64,000 nucleotides of DNA from the NCBI GenBank assembly GCA_964016885.1, contig OZ024752.1:11036001-11100000 (forward strand), read 5' to 3'. This document shows positions 37,305 to 50,000 of this stretch, one piece after another. This stretch comes from Eledone cirrhosa. Lineage: Eukaryota. Each line of letters starts with the position of its first letter. The first letter of the stretch is position 1. The notes under the pieces were generated by a model. It made no database searches and was not told the DNA's origin. It saw nothing but the letters and a program-made list of their open reading frames with translations. A program made the translations under genes and the position numbers.

Positions 37305-38104
37305 CGATTGCAACTTTTTCGTTTTAAGATTCTACATCCTTTCAAGCTTTATCTCTAGCGCCTTCTACTGGCTTTTACTGATATGTTGTTTGTTTGTTGG
37401 GATGTTTAAATCACTAAATCTGCAGCTTTATCTCTCATGACCTTCAGAAAAATATTTGGTATGTTCGCTTGAATTGTCCAGTCTCTGCTATCAGGGAAAT
37501 TCCAGCGTAACGCTACAATATTATCATTAATATTATTTTGAACAGTTGTATTCTACAAGAATATTTCTGCTCATACATGTGAGTATGTGTTTACGTGTGC
37601 ATGATTGCGTCTGTGAATGTGTCTGTGAATGTATGCGTGAGTGTATGTCTTCTTTGTAAATAAAGTTGGTTACTATAAACACTTGAGAAAATTTAGTAAA
37701 GAAGCATTATTTACGACAAAAAAAGGCCCGGGGTTGCTATAAAGAATTGAACTACAAAAGCCCGATGGGCTCCATCAGGGTAGGCGAAAGAGGAAAAGGA
37801 AGAGGGGAGGGAGTGGAAGGAAGTGAGAAGAAGAGATAAAGGGAAAAGAGGTACATCTACCTATATATGTATGTGTATAAATGGAAGAACATACACAAAT
37901 ATAAGCCAACAAAAACAATAAGGCAACTTCGTATGAAGAAAATAAAGGAAATATAATAAAAGATTGACTTAATTAAAGATGGCTTGAAACAATAGACTTT
38001 AGTCAGCACATTACTCAGCAACTCTAGGTAAATACCAATATAATAACACTATACAACAGAAACATGTCTGTAAACGGAGTATAGACTGTAAAGGGAGATA
38101 AATA

Positions 38105-38495
38105 AGAATTATTTCTACTTTTGGGACGAGGCCAGCAATTATCACAGTGCATTACTGGTGCTTGATTTTATCGACCCCCGTAAGGGTGAAAGTTAAGCTC
38201 AGCTGAATTTGAACTCAGAATGCCAAGAGCCGTAACTCTATGCGTCAAAGCATGGCGTCCGACCCTCTACCGATACTGCAAATCCACATAATAATAATGA
38301 TTTATACTCTAGGAACAAGGCCAGCAAATTGGTGGAGGGGAAATTCGAATCAATCGTACTTCAATGGTACTTTATTTTATCGACCCCTGTAAGGATGAAA
38401 AGCAAGGTTAACCTCGGCGGGATTCGAACTCAGACCATAAAGGAGTGTAACTATGCTATAAAGCATGGCCTCCGACCCACTACCGATACTGCCAA
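38105..38495 (-). mobile_element. Two tandem family A SINEs
   Basis: Reverse-complement copies of the family consensus. Confidence 0.85.
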
Positions 38496-38669
38496 ATAAT
38501 AAGGGATTAAAGTATTTGAATATACCATGAATATACCAGTAATTCCTATTTGATTCGGCACATTAACAAACAATGGAAGGCCAAAGTAAATACTCACGGA
38601 TCCCTTTTTTGCCAACAACGAATCCAATCCAAAGTGCTGCAGACTAAAGTTCTGAACTGACTGAGGCTC

Positions 38670-38980
38670 TCCATCGGTTACGACGAGAGTGTTCCAGTTG
38701 ATCCAATCAACAGAACAGCCTGCTCATGAAATTAACCTGAAGGTGTTTGAGGCTTCCACAAACACGTGTAACCTTAACGTAGTTCTCTGGGAGATTTACA
38801 CAATGTGACAAGGCTGGACATTCGAACTACAGGTAGAATTCCTTTTGGCCGCCGGCTGAGTGGACTGGAGCAACGTGAAATAAAGTGTCTTGCTCAAGGG
38901 CACAACGTGCTGTCGGGAATCGAACTCACAACCTTATAATTCTAAGCTGAATACCCTAACCGTAAAGATACGCACCATCA
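38670..38980 (-). mobile_element. SINE family B variant; its 3' part recurs at 31225-31400 and 7195-7440
   Basis: GGAGCAACGTGAAATAAAGTGTCTTGCTCAAGG and GGAATCGAACTC. Confidence 0.7.
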
Positions 38981-39109
38981 CTGTAAACTAAATGGTACCG
39001 AAATAACTGCATACGTCTCTATACGAAAGCGGTCGAGTTCAGGATGTTTAATTCTATCATCTTCCACACTTGATATCGAAGCATGTAGCTGTTGAATCCC
39101 TACTCACGC

Positions 39110-39575
39110 AATCCACCACGAGTTGACCTTTTTCTATGACCGTATAGTTTGAGTAGTCTTGACTTGACAATTAATGTAATTGGTCTAAGTCTGGTAATGT
39201 TGATCACCCCAATGATACAGATACAGTCGCTGAGCCGCTTGCTAGTCATAAGTCTCATGATGTCGTTCTGGAATGTAGAGAGCTTTTGAAGTGACCTTGT
39301 TGTCCAATTACCACAGTCAAGACCGTATAACACAACTGGTAGGATGTAAGTATCAAAGATCTTAGCCTTCAAATGATAGGAAACTCGTTTTGATGCTAGT
39401 AGTTTCTTGTTCTTGTTGAAAGCTGCCCAACCTGGAGCAATGCGATACTGCACAGCAACCATTCCAGTGTTGTTTGATGATAGTTTGTAACCGAGATATA
39501 CGAACTCCCTAACTTGAGCAATTTGCTGGTTGTAGATTGTGAGTTGGAGATTGGCATTGTTTTTATCAGTTGTAC
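39110..39575 (-). pseudogene. RTE-clade LINE fragment, paralogous to 34210-34670
   Basis: EFVYLGYKLS...KAKIFDTYILPVVLYGLDC; closely similar nucleotide sequence to the 34 kb copy. Confidence 0.85.
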
Positions 39576-40911
39576 TTTCTTGTTCTTGTTGAAAGCTACC
39601 CAACCTACATATTTTTATATTTGTAGAATATTTCTCTCTTCTTTATGGAGATATTATCCTCATTGAGCAAGTTGTTTTAACGAGGAACAGAAATTGTAGT
39701 GACATAAACAGAGGTATTGTATCATGTGTCAATCACTTTAGAAAAACTCTAAAAACAATTTGTACTACAGTATAGGAATTAATAAGAATCAGTATTTATT
39801 GCGAATGTCTCAAGCCGGCAGCAAATATTGCACTCGACAATCTACATGAAAACTGTGTTGTCATAGCTATGGCGTACGATTAACCACTTGAAAAAAAAAA
39901 AGACTGCTTGTATATAGGTGGCAGGAAGCGAGATGACAACAAACACACTATTTGGTCTTTGGTAGAAGACAATTGGAGCCTGCTATACAATTCCAGCCAG
40001 ATACGTCTGGTTTGGCAGCAACATTTCTTAAATGGGATATATAGTCAAGATGATACGTTAGACTATAATCCCTACCTCGACATCCTGCCACAACCCCTGG
40101 CTTGTCATGTAAAATATAAAAAAAAACAAAAAAAAACAAAAAAAAAAAAAACGTCGAATGTAGTTTTGGAAGTGCATTGAGATTGTATATGGATTAAATT
40201 GTCTGGTTTGAATGGTTTCCTTGCGACCTTCACAGATATATGCTAAATTTAGCCACATATCTGACAGGTGCTTATCGCAACTACCGGCAGATTGGGTATG
40301 TGTTAGACTTGTTAGCTAGAATTATGATGACTCTGTGGAGCTATTCCCTTAATATATGCTATACGTAGACTATATGATTTTGGTTAAGGTGCTCAAATAT
40401 ATTGAGCCATTTTTGGAATGTAGAAACCTCAAGATATATTCCTCTATCTAGAATCTGGAATCTGGACACAATAAGATCGTGTCTTCTTATACTGACGACA
40501 TTACTGTTATTGTGTGAGGCACCACTGAAATCCTGGTGGCCAGCACTTTATTAAAAGATTACAAGAGCAGGCATTAAGCAGGACCAGTGTATGGACCTGC
40601 AGCCTGTCATCTTCAGACAACTACACGAAGACCAGAATCAAGGGGCTTACTGAGGAAACGATGGTCCATTGCATACAAAATTCTTCAGCATGGTAGGTTG
40701 GGTACGCTATGGTTATGGATGGGGAGATATGTTCAGAAACTTCCTCATCGGAAGAGTTTGATGGACGGAGATCAGTCATGGCACATTGCCTGAAAACACT
40801 AGTATTTGTTGCTGACGATGATCAGGATGCGGATGATAATTTCCTCATCGATTCAAAGTTCATGTTGAGTCTGAGTGAGAAATCTTTCTTACGACGGTTA
40901 ATGTTTGTCTT

Positions 40912-41285
40912 TAGCCACTAGTCAGCTCTGATTTAGCTACTTCATATCCATGTAAGAGAACCCTTACCGATGCGCTGAACGAGTGTGACTTTTTAGTCCA
41001 GCCAGCGACTTGAAAACTCTGGTTCAAACACTTCACTTGACAATTATTGACACAGTGCTGGGCCCATGGTACCATGTGACGACAAGTGCAGAGAGATCTC
41101 CAGATATAAAGCAATGCCTGTGCCGTGAAGCTTTTATAGTGAGCAAAGGCACTACACAAAGCCAGTCCCACTCTATTAACCAAGATGATATTTACCAAAA
41201 GAAGAACAAGTCAACATCATTGGATACCATCAGGGTCGCAGGTGTTATATCAGAGTTTTCCTTCTCTTAGAATTCTGCCTTGACA
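40912..41285 (-). mobile_element. 3' part of the RTE-derived non-autonomous element
   Basis: Reverse complement of about 23088-23465. Confidence 0.8.
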
Positions 41286-42419
41286 ATATATACCTACATT
41301 CTATCCGACGTTCTAATAACTACCAATTCGCCGACTATTATCAAACTAGCAATACGAATACATTTACTTGATTGTTATCATTTTAATAAACTGGCATCGA
41401 GAATTTCGTTCCTCTGTATTTACCTGCACTTAAAGAACTGTATAAGTCTATATTTGATATAAGAGACACTGACAAGGATATGACAATTGGAACGCAGCTG
41501 GGTCTAAGTAGCTTTATAGTCGCTTGCTACTCTCCATCGACGGCAAACTTTTACCATAAATTTACAATATATCACCTCTATTGTGAATTTCCTACAAGTA
41601 ACTGAGGAAACATCACAATTGAATTTGTTTATATTCGTTTTAGGTGATTATTGCATCGCTACGTCGAAGCTCTTACCAGACGCGTCGCTCGTATTTAAAT
41701 ACATTTAAATAGATTTCTGTGTTGCGAATATTTTATCCCCATTTCACACATCGTTGCTCCTCGTTACTACTTTAGTTGCAGATCACCTTCCACTTCTGTC
41801 TCGTTTGAGACATTAGCTCCTACTTTCCTTTCACAATTCTGATTTCACCTGAACCCCCCTCCCTCTCTCTCTGCCTTCCCATACCATTCTTTCACGGTAA
41901 TTTCATTACCAGTTTCGTTACGACAGCCAAGTGCTTACTCCACCTTATCCATCTCCGTCATTTTTAAACGAAGTACAATATCCAGATAATGTTATATATA
42001 TATTACTCCTTGGGGCAATTTAACTCGTTGAACTATTCTAGGAACAGCCAGATAGTATATAAATAGGTAGTTGTGTCTCTCATCTTTCATATGTCGAAGA
42101 ATAATCACCATTCAAATAGATAGTTTAATTTAATCGACAATTTCCCTACCCAGAATATTTTACGTTCTTATGCCGAAATTGGAAAACCGCTAACACACAA
42201 GGAGAAGAAACCTCAAACAAAGCAATTGCCATGTTTACTATTCCCTACAAATTGTAAGACCTCGCGAGCAATAATCAATATCATATCATCATGAACTGGA
42301 CGTTACATTCCGTTGAATTAACACATATGAAGCTAAGTGTAACAAAGACACGAACACTAATAATATGATTTCGAAGACAAATCGAAGCGACAACATATAA
42401 CAAGTCTTCTTCGTCTTTG

Positions 42420-42645
42420 CCTTCTCCTCCTCCGCCTTCTTGCTCTTGCTCAGTGAGGCCGGGGTCGTCCTAAACCAGCGATCATAAAGCATCGTTGTGT
42501 GGACAGCCAACCAGGTCCTCTATCTCTGGCGGTCCCGTGCCAGCTCCTCTGCATCATACGATGTTATGCCGATGATATCCAGCCAACTGGTGCGGAGCCT
42601 GCTACAGGACATCTTCTAGACTGCAGCCAAATTGAAATGTAGGTA
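42420..42645 (-). mobile_element. LINE (RTE-like) 3' end remnant
   Basis: SRLRTSWLDII...AEELARDRQR resembles RGRPRTRWLD...LAxDRxxWR. Confidence 0.55.
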
Positions 42646-43300
42646 GAGTCAATATGCGGTCTACAGCCTAATTCACGTCCATTCAATATTATTCACAATG
42701 CGTGGCTATACAAATAAGTCTTTGAACGAAGCAAGGCTTTGTTAAACTACAACGAAATATCACACAATAGTATCAAAGCCTGATTCTAAACCCTCAGCCA
42801 TTTTGTTCACTTCCTAACATAAAAGACTGTTGGATGGCCTGACAGAAGGAGCATAGTACAGAAAACAATACATTGCACCATTTCCATACGGCGCATGATG
42901 TTCTAAATTATAATCCTAACGGGATCAACGTCGTCATTTATTCTTCTGGGATCAATAAAACGAAGAAATATCTCTGAAGTCTTTGGATCGATTATATCGC
43001 CTCCTTACCATCTTTTAGCTTTTGTTTGTAATTATGGTAATATGTCCAAATTTAGAATTCATCATTATTATTGTTCTCCTTTGTCACGACATTATGTTGT
43101 TAATGAGCTGAAATAGTATCAGTTATTCCATAGAATAGCTTTTGCAAGTATGTTCTTCAACACAACGACTCGTCTACTTTACAAACTTGTTTTTCCTTAA
43201 AACAAAAGTAGTTATATATTTGAATATCTTTTATCATCATCATCATCGTAATCTTCATCGTTATCTTCAACCAAATTATTATTATTATTATTATTATTAT

Positions 43301-43491
43301 GTGGATTGGCAGTATCGGTAGAGTGTCGGACGGCATGCTTTGACGCATAGAGTTACGGACCTTGCCATTCTGAGTTCAAATCCCGCCGAGGTTAACTTTG
43401 CCTTTCATCCTTGGGGGGGGGGTCGATAAAATAAAGTACCAGTAATGCACTTGGATAATTGCTGGCCTTGTGCCAAAAGTAGAAACAATTA
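43301..43491 (+). mobile_element. Full-length SINE, family A
   Basis: Family consensus following an (ATT)n tract. Confidence 0.85.
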
Positions 43492-44009
43492 TCATATACT
43501 ATATATAAGCCCCCCCCCCCCAACACACACACACACACATCAGTAACTAATGACCATTTTTCTGCACCTAGAAAGTTTCCCACCGAGCCACAAGCCTTGG
43601 TAAGGTTACTTGTGGAAGACCAGCTGTGGCCCATGCATATTAGTCTCCCCATTCGACGCCCCTCATATTGTCCAAGGGAAAGGCAATGGCCGTTACATCT
43701 CGGCACCAGGGACGTTGCAACTGACTTGTACATCTGAATAAACTGGAGCAAAGTGAAATAAAGTGACTTGGTGACGGACACAATGCACAAGCCGATCCGA
43801 GAATCCAACTCTCAAGCTCTCAGTTACGAGCGCAACGCTCTAAGCCATGCACCTTCTCCATAAGAAATTATATATATACAACACAACAAATATATCAAAT
43901 AAATTTGACAAACTATAAAAATGGCTTATTTGACTCATATTAGGATAAAAAATAGTTTTATCAAAGTCGTGTCTTTTATTTCTCTCTCATATAATATATC
44001 GATATCAGA

Positions 44010-44265
44010 TAGGGTGTGGTAAAAAACCAGGTGGACCATAACCCACCACAGTACTTGATATTTGGGGTAGTAGAGGGAGTAATGTGAATCTTTTCATAGA
44101 GAGAGAGAGAGAGAGAGGGGGGGGGGGGGGAGAGAGAGAGAGAGAGAGGAAAAGGTATGACCCCGACGGCAGAGCTCAAGCCGTTTCGACGGCTATTTCT
44201 GGACTCAAGTATTGAGTACTCTGGTGCGTTATGGTCCACCTGGTTCCTTACCACAATTCCTACGT
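44010..44265. mobile_element. Inverted pair of PLE pseudo-LTR tails around a (GA)n/G tract
   Basis: TGTGGTAAAAAACCAGGTGGACCATAAC is the reverse complement of GTTATGGTCCACCTGGTTCCTTACCACA; family of 18917. Confidence 0.65.
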
Positions 44266-44297
<32 letters not shown>

Positions 44298-44300
44298 CAT

Positions 44301-44401
<101 letters not shown>

Positions 44402-44479
44402 GTATATATATATACATATATAGTAAATGAGTGAAGATAAAATAGTCGGCTGCACAATGGGTATTATTTAAAGCATTGT

Positions 44480-44670
44480 AGGGCGGTGTATTGGCAGTAT
44501 CGGTAGAGGGTCGCACGCCATGCTTTCCAGCATAGTTTCGTCCCTTTACGGTCTGAGTTCAAATCCCGCCGAGGTTAACTTTGCCTTTCATCCTTACGGA
44601 GTCGATAAAATAAAGTACCAGTAATGTAATGAGTAATTGCTGGCCTTGTGCCAAAAGTAGAAACAATTAT
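44480..44670 (+). mobile_element. Family A SINE with 16-bp target-site duplication
   Basis: TTATTTAAAGCATTGT at 44464-44479 and 44667-44682. Confidence 0.85.
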
Positions 44671-44676
44671 TTAAAG

Positions 44677-45553
44677 CATTGTTTCCCAAAATTGGAGGTA
44701 CCGCCCCCTGGGGGCGGTGCTTTAATATCGGGGGCGGTTGGGAGGAGGGGGGGGGTCAGTGTAGTATTAAAAAAAAGAAAAAAAAGCTATTTATTGTTTA
44801 AATTTTAAACAATAAATAACTTGTTTTTTTCTTTTTTTTTACAAATATATATTGCATATGTATATTAAGCATTTATATAGACATCTGTAATATAGACATA
44901 TAGACATCTATATTATAGATATATAGACATCTATATTATAGATATATAGACATCTATAATATAGACATCTATAATATAGATATATAGACATCTATAATAT
45001 AGACATCTATAATATAGACATCTATAATATAGACATCTATAATATAGATATATAGACATCTATAATATAGACATCTATAATATAGACATCTATAATTGTT
45101 TCTACTTTAGGCACAAGGCCAGCAAATACCCAGTGCATTACTGGTACTTTATTTTATCGACCCCGTAAGGATGAAAGGCAAAGTCAACCTCGGCGGGATT
45201 TGAACTCAGATCGTAAAGGGACGTAACTATGCTGGAAAGCATGGCGTCCGACCATTTACCGATACTGCCAATCCACAACTAGACATCTATAATATAGATA
45301 TATAGACATCTATGAGGTTGTGTAGATTCTACTCAATCTCATAGACGTCTTATTCTTATTGGCAAAATCACATTCTTTTTACATCTATGTTACTAATGAT
45401 AAACTAACATCATCACCATCATTGTTTCATGTCCACTTTCTCTGCTAGTAAGGTTTGGATGTGTCATCAGAGACTGATGGTAGGGTGATGGGGGGGGGGG
45501 GGTATTACGTGGCCGTGAGGGGAGCGGTGGCCTCAAAAGTTTGAGAACCTCTG
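44677..45553. mobile_element. hAT (Charlie-like) MITE containing a 15-bp minisatellite and a nested SINE (45094-45276, minus)
   Basis: Termini CATTGTTTCCCAAA and TTTGAGAACCTCTG; 8-bp TSD ATTTAAAG at 44669 and 45554; (TAGACATCTATAATA)n inside. Confidence 0.8.
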
Positions 45554-45607
45554 ATTTAAAGTATTAACAATTGTTTAATTAGACTTGGATTACCTGAAAC
45601 GATATCT

Positions 45608-45642
<35 letters not shown>

Positions 45643-45829
45643 CCCTTTCCTCTCTCATGCAGTATCTCTACTCCATAAAAACATTATCATCCGTCCTCAC
45701 TGTTTCATTCACAAAGAAACTCACAAAGAAACTCACTCACACAAACAATCACACACGCCTTCACTCCACTTTCAAAAGTGTCAGACTTCTAAACCAGAGA
45801 AGCACCAAGTTTAATATAATAGATTATTG

Positions 45830-47035
45830 TTTGGCAGAATGGATCCGAAGAGTAGTTAAAATTAAAGCAATTAGCAACAATTGTTCCGGCCCTTAACGTT
45901 CAAATTCCGCTGAGGTAAATAAGGTTTGCCTGCCGTCCCTCCGGGCTGGTTATAATAGTACAATGTACTATTAACGTACTTTCCCCTTTCACCAAAATTG
46001 TGGGCCTTGTGTCTAAATCAAAAACCATTATTATATGGATATTAGGGCGGTGGATTGGCAGTATCGGTAGAGGGTCGGACGCCATGCTTTGAAGCATAGA
46101 GTTACGGCCCTTTATGGTCTGAGTTCAAATCTAGCCGGGGTTAACTTTGCCTTTCATCCTTACGGGGTCGATAAAATAAAGTACCAGTAATACACTGGTG
46201 AATTTGCTGGCCTTGTGCCAAAAGTAGAAACCATTATTATATGGATATTAGCAGTATCGGCAGAGGGTCGGACGTCATGCTTTGACGCACAGAGTTACGG
46301 CCCTTTCCATTCTGAGTTCAACTCCCGCCGAGGTTAACTTTGCCTTTCATCCTTACGGGGTCGATAAAATAAAGTACCAGTAATACACTGAGGTAATTGC
46401 TGGGTTTGTGCCAAAAGTAGAAACAAATATTATATGGATTGGCAGTGTCGGTAGAGCGTCAGACAATATGTGTTACGTTCATAGAGTTACGACCCTTTAC
46501 GTTCTAATTTCAAATCCGACGGTAGTTAGCTGTCTTTCATCATTGTGGGCTCGATAAAATAAAGTACCAGTAACGCACTGGGGTCGATTTAATTGACTTC
46601 CCCCTCACCTAAAATTTGCTGGCCTTGTGCCTAAATCTGAAACCATTATTATGGTTAGTATCGGTTGAGGGTCAGACGCCATGCTTTGATGCATAGAGTT
46701 ACGGCCCTTGCCATTCTGAGTTCAAATCCCGCCGAGGTTAACTTTGCCTTTCGTCCTTACGGCGTCAATAAAATAAAGTACCAGTAATACACTGGGTAAT
46801 TGCTGGCCTTGTGCCAAAAAGTAGAAATAATTATTATTGTTGGATGGTGGATTAGCAGTATCGGTGGAGCGCCAGGCACCATGCTTTAGAGCATAGAGTT
46901 ATGGCGCTTTACGTTCTGAGTTCAAATCCTGCCGAGGTTAACTTTGCCTTTCATCCTTGCGGGGATCGATAGAATAAAGTACCAGTGATGTACTGGTTAA
47001 TTGCTGGCCTTGTGCCTAAAGTAGAAACAATTATT
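45830..47035 (+). mobile_element. Head-to-tail array of six family A SINEs
   Basis: Copies start near 45830, 46045, 46243, 46435, 46652 and 46846. Confidence 0.9.
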
Positions 47036-47036
47036 G

Positions 47037-50000
47037 CTGGTGGTTGTGGTGGTGGTGGTGGTGGCTGTGGCGGTGGTGGTTGTGGCGGTGGTGGTTGTGG
47101 TGGTGGTGGTGGCGATGGTGGTGGTGTTTTCTTGTGGTGGTGGTGGTGGTGGTGGTGGTGGTGGTGTTGTTGGTGTTGGTGGTGGTGTTGGTGGTGGTGT
47201 TGGTGGTGGTGTTGGTGGTGGTGTTGGTGGTGGTGGTGTTGGTGGTGGTGTTGGTAGTGGTGGTGTTGGTGGTGTTGGTGGTGGTGGTGTTGGTGGTGTT
47301 GGTGGTGGTGGTGTTGGTGGTGTTGGTGGTGGTGGTGTTGTTGGTGGTGTTGGTGGTGGTGGTGGTAGTGGTGGTAGTGGTGGTGGTAGTGGTGGTAGTG
47401 GTGGTAGTGGTGGTGTTGGTGGTGTTGCTGGTGGTGGTGGTGGTGTTGGTGGTGGTGTTGGTGGTGTTGGTGGTGGTGTTGGTGTTGGTGGTGGTGGTGG
47501 TGGTGGTTGTGGTGGTGGTGGTTGTGGCGGTGGCGGTAGCGGTGGCGGTGGTGGTGGTTTTGGCGGTGGTGGTGGTTGTGGTGGTGGTGGTGTTGGTGTT
47601 GGTGGTTGTGGTAGTGGTGGTGGTGGTGTTTTTTTGTGGTGGTAGTGATGGTCACTTTAGATATTTTCTTCTAATGACGCCTCCTAAAATGTTTCTGTTT
47701 CCTCGTTCTCATCAACACCAACAGAATTTATCAATTAGCCTCTGTCTTCATCAACATCACTTTCAACTTCCTCTTCCTCTTCCTCATCGTCGCTGCCGAC
47801 TTCACCGTCTACCTCTATTCATGTGTGAAGGTTTTAGATACCATGGCCAGGATCACTGTCAAATATAATGGATGGATGCCGTGTCAATACCCGGCCTGAT
47901 ACAGAGCAAGGTGCAACCGTGACAAATAAACTGTTTCTGAGACTAACATGAACACTACCTACTAAATTGATGCTGCTGCCACTTCTTGCTCTTCTCCAGC
48001 TGCGGATGAAACGGCTACTGTATACAGTGAAGCTAATGCAACTGCTGCTGCTGCTAAATAAACTGCTGCTACTAATATTTCGGCTGCTGTTAATATTGTT
48101 CTTGTTTAGTTTTTTTTATGTTGTTGGTGGTGTTGTTGATGGTGTTGTTGATGGTGGTGTTGGTGGTGGTGTTGTTGTTGGTGGTGTTGTTGGTGGTAGT
48201 GTTGGTGGTAGTGTTGGTGGTGGTGTTGATGGTGGTGTTGATGGTGGTGTTGGTGGTGGTAGTGTTGGTGGTAGTGTTGGTGGTAGTGTTGGTGGTAGTG
48301 TTGGTGGTAGTGTTGGTGGTGTTGTTGTTGGTGTTGGTGTTGTTGTTGGTGTTGTTGTTGGTGTTGTTGGTGGTAGTGTTGGTGGTGGTGTTGGTGGTGG
48401 TGTTGGTGGTAGTGTTGGTGTTGGTGGTGGTGTTGGTGGTGGTGGTGTTGGTGGTGGTGGTGTTGTTGGTGGTGTTGGCGGTGGTGTTGGCGGTGGTGTT
48501 GGCGGTGGTGTTGGCGGTGGTGTTGGTGGTGGTGGTGGTGGTGTTGGTGGTGGTGTTGTTGTTGGTGTTGTTGCTGTTTTTGTTGGTGTTGTTGCTGTTT
48601 TTGTTGGTGGTGGTGTTGGAGGTGGTGTTGGAGGTGGTGTTGGTGGTGTTGGTGGTGGTGTTGGTGGTGGTGGTGGTGTTGTTGGTGGTGGTGGTATTGG
48701 TGGTGTTGTTGGTGGTGGTGGTATTGGTGTTGTTGGTGGTGGTGGTGGTATTGGTGGTGTTGGTGATGGTGGTGGTGTTGATGGTGGTGGTGTTGATGGT
48801 GGTGTTGTTGATGGTGGTGTTGGTGGTGGTGATGTTGGTGGTGGTGTTGTTGGTGGTGGTGTTGGTGTTGTTGGTGTTGGTGGTGTTGGTGTTGGTGTTG
48901 TTGGTGTTGGTGTTGTTGGTGTTGTTGGTGTTGGTGTTGGTGGTGTTGGTGTTGGTGGTGTTGGTGTTGGTGGTGTTGGTGGTGTTGGTGTTGGTGGTGT
49001 TGGTGCTGGTGTTGTTGGTGGTGTTGGTGGTGGTGGTGGTGTTGGGAGTTGGCGGTATTGGTGGTGGTGGTGGTGTTGGTGGTGGTAGTGGTGGTGGTGG
49101 TGTTGTTGGTGGTGGTGGTGATGGTGGTGGTGGTGTTGGTGGTGGTGGTGGTGATGGTGGTGGTGGTGTTGGTGGTGGTGGTGTTGTTGGTGGTGGTGGT
49201 GATGGTGGTGGTTGTGGTGGTGGTGTATCTAATGTGGTTGATGGTGAAGGTGTTGGTGGTGTTGGTTGTGGGGTTGGTGGTTTGTGTTGGTGGTTTCTGT
49301 TGGTGGTTTGTGTTGGGTGTTGGTTGTGGGGTTGGTGGTTTGTGTTGGTGGTTTCTGTTGGTGGTTTGTGTTGGTGGTGGTGTTGGTGGTGGTGGTGGTG
49401 GTGTTGGTGGTGGTGGTGGTGGTGGTGGTGTAGGCGGTGGTGTTGGTGGTGGTGTTGGTGTTGTTGTTGTTGCTGTTTTTGTTGGTGTTGATGGTGGTGT
49501 TGGTGGTGGTGTTGATGGTGGTGTTGGTGGTGTTGGTGGTGGTGTTGTTGGTGGTATTGGTGTTGTTGGTGGTGTTGGTGGTGGTGGTATTGGTGTTGTT
49601 GTTGGTGGTGGTGTTGTTGGTGGTGTTGGTGGTGGTGTTGGTGGTACTGTTGGTGGTGGTGTTGGTGGTGGTGTTGGTGTTGTTGGTGGTGGTGGTATTG
49701 GTGTTGTTGTTGGTGTTGGTGGTGGTGGTGGTGTTGTTGATGGTGGTGTTGTTGATGGTGTTGTTGGTGGTGGTGTTGTTGATGGTGTTGTTGGTGGTGT
49801 TGGTGTTGTTGGTGTTGGTGGTGGTGTTGGTGTTGGTGGTGGTGTTGGTGGTGTTGGTGGTGGTGGTGTTGGTGTTGTTGGTGGTGTTGGTGTTGTTGGT
49901 GGTGTTGGTGGTGTTGGTGGTGTTGGTGCTGGTGTTGTTGGTGCTGGTGTTGTTGGTGCTGGTGGTGTTGGTGCTGGTGGTGTTGGTGGTGGTGTTGGTG

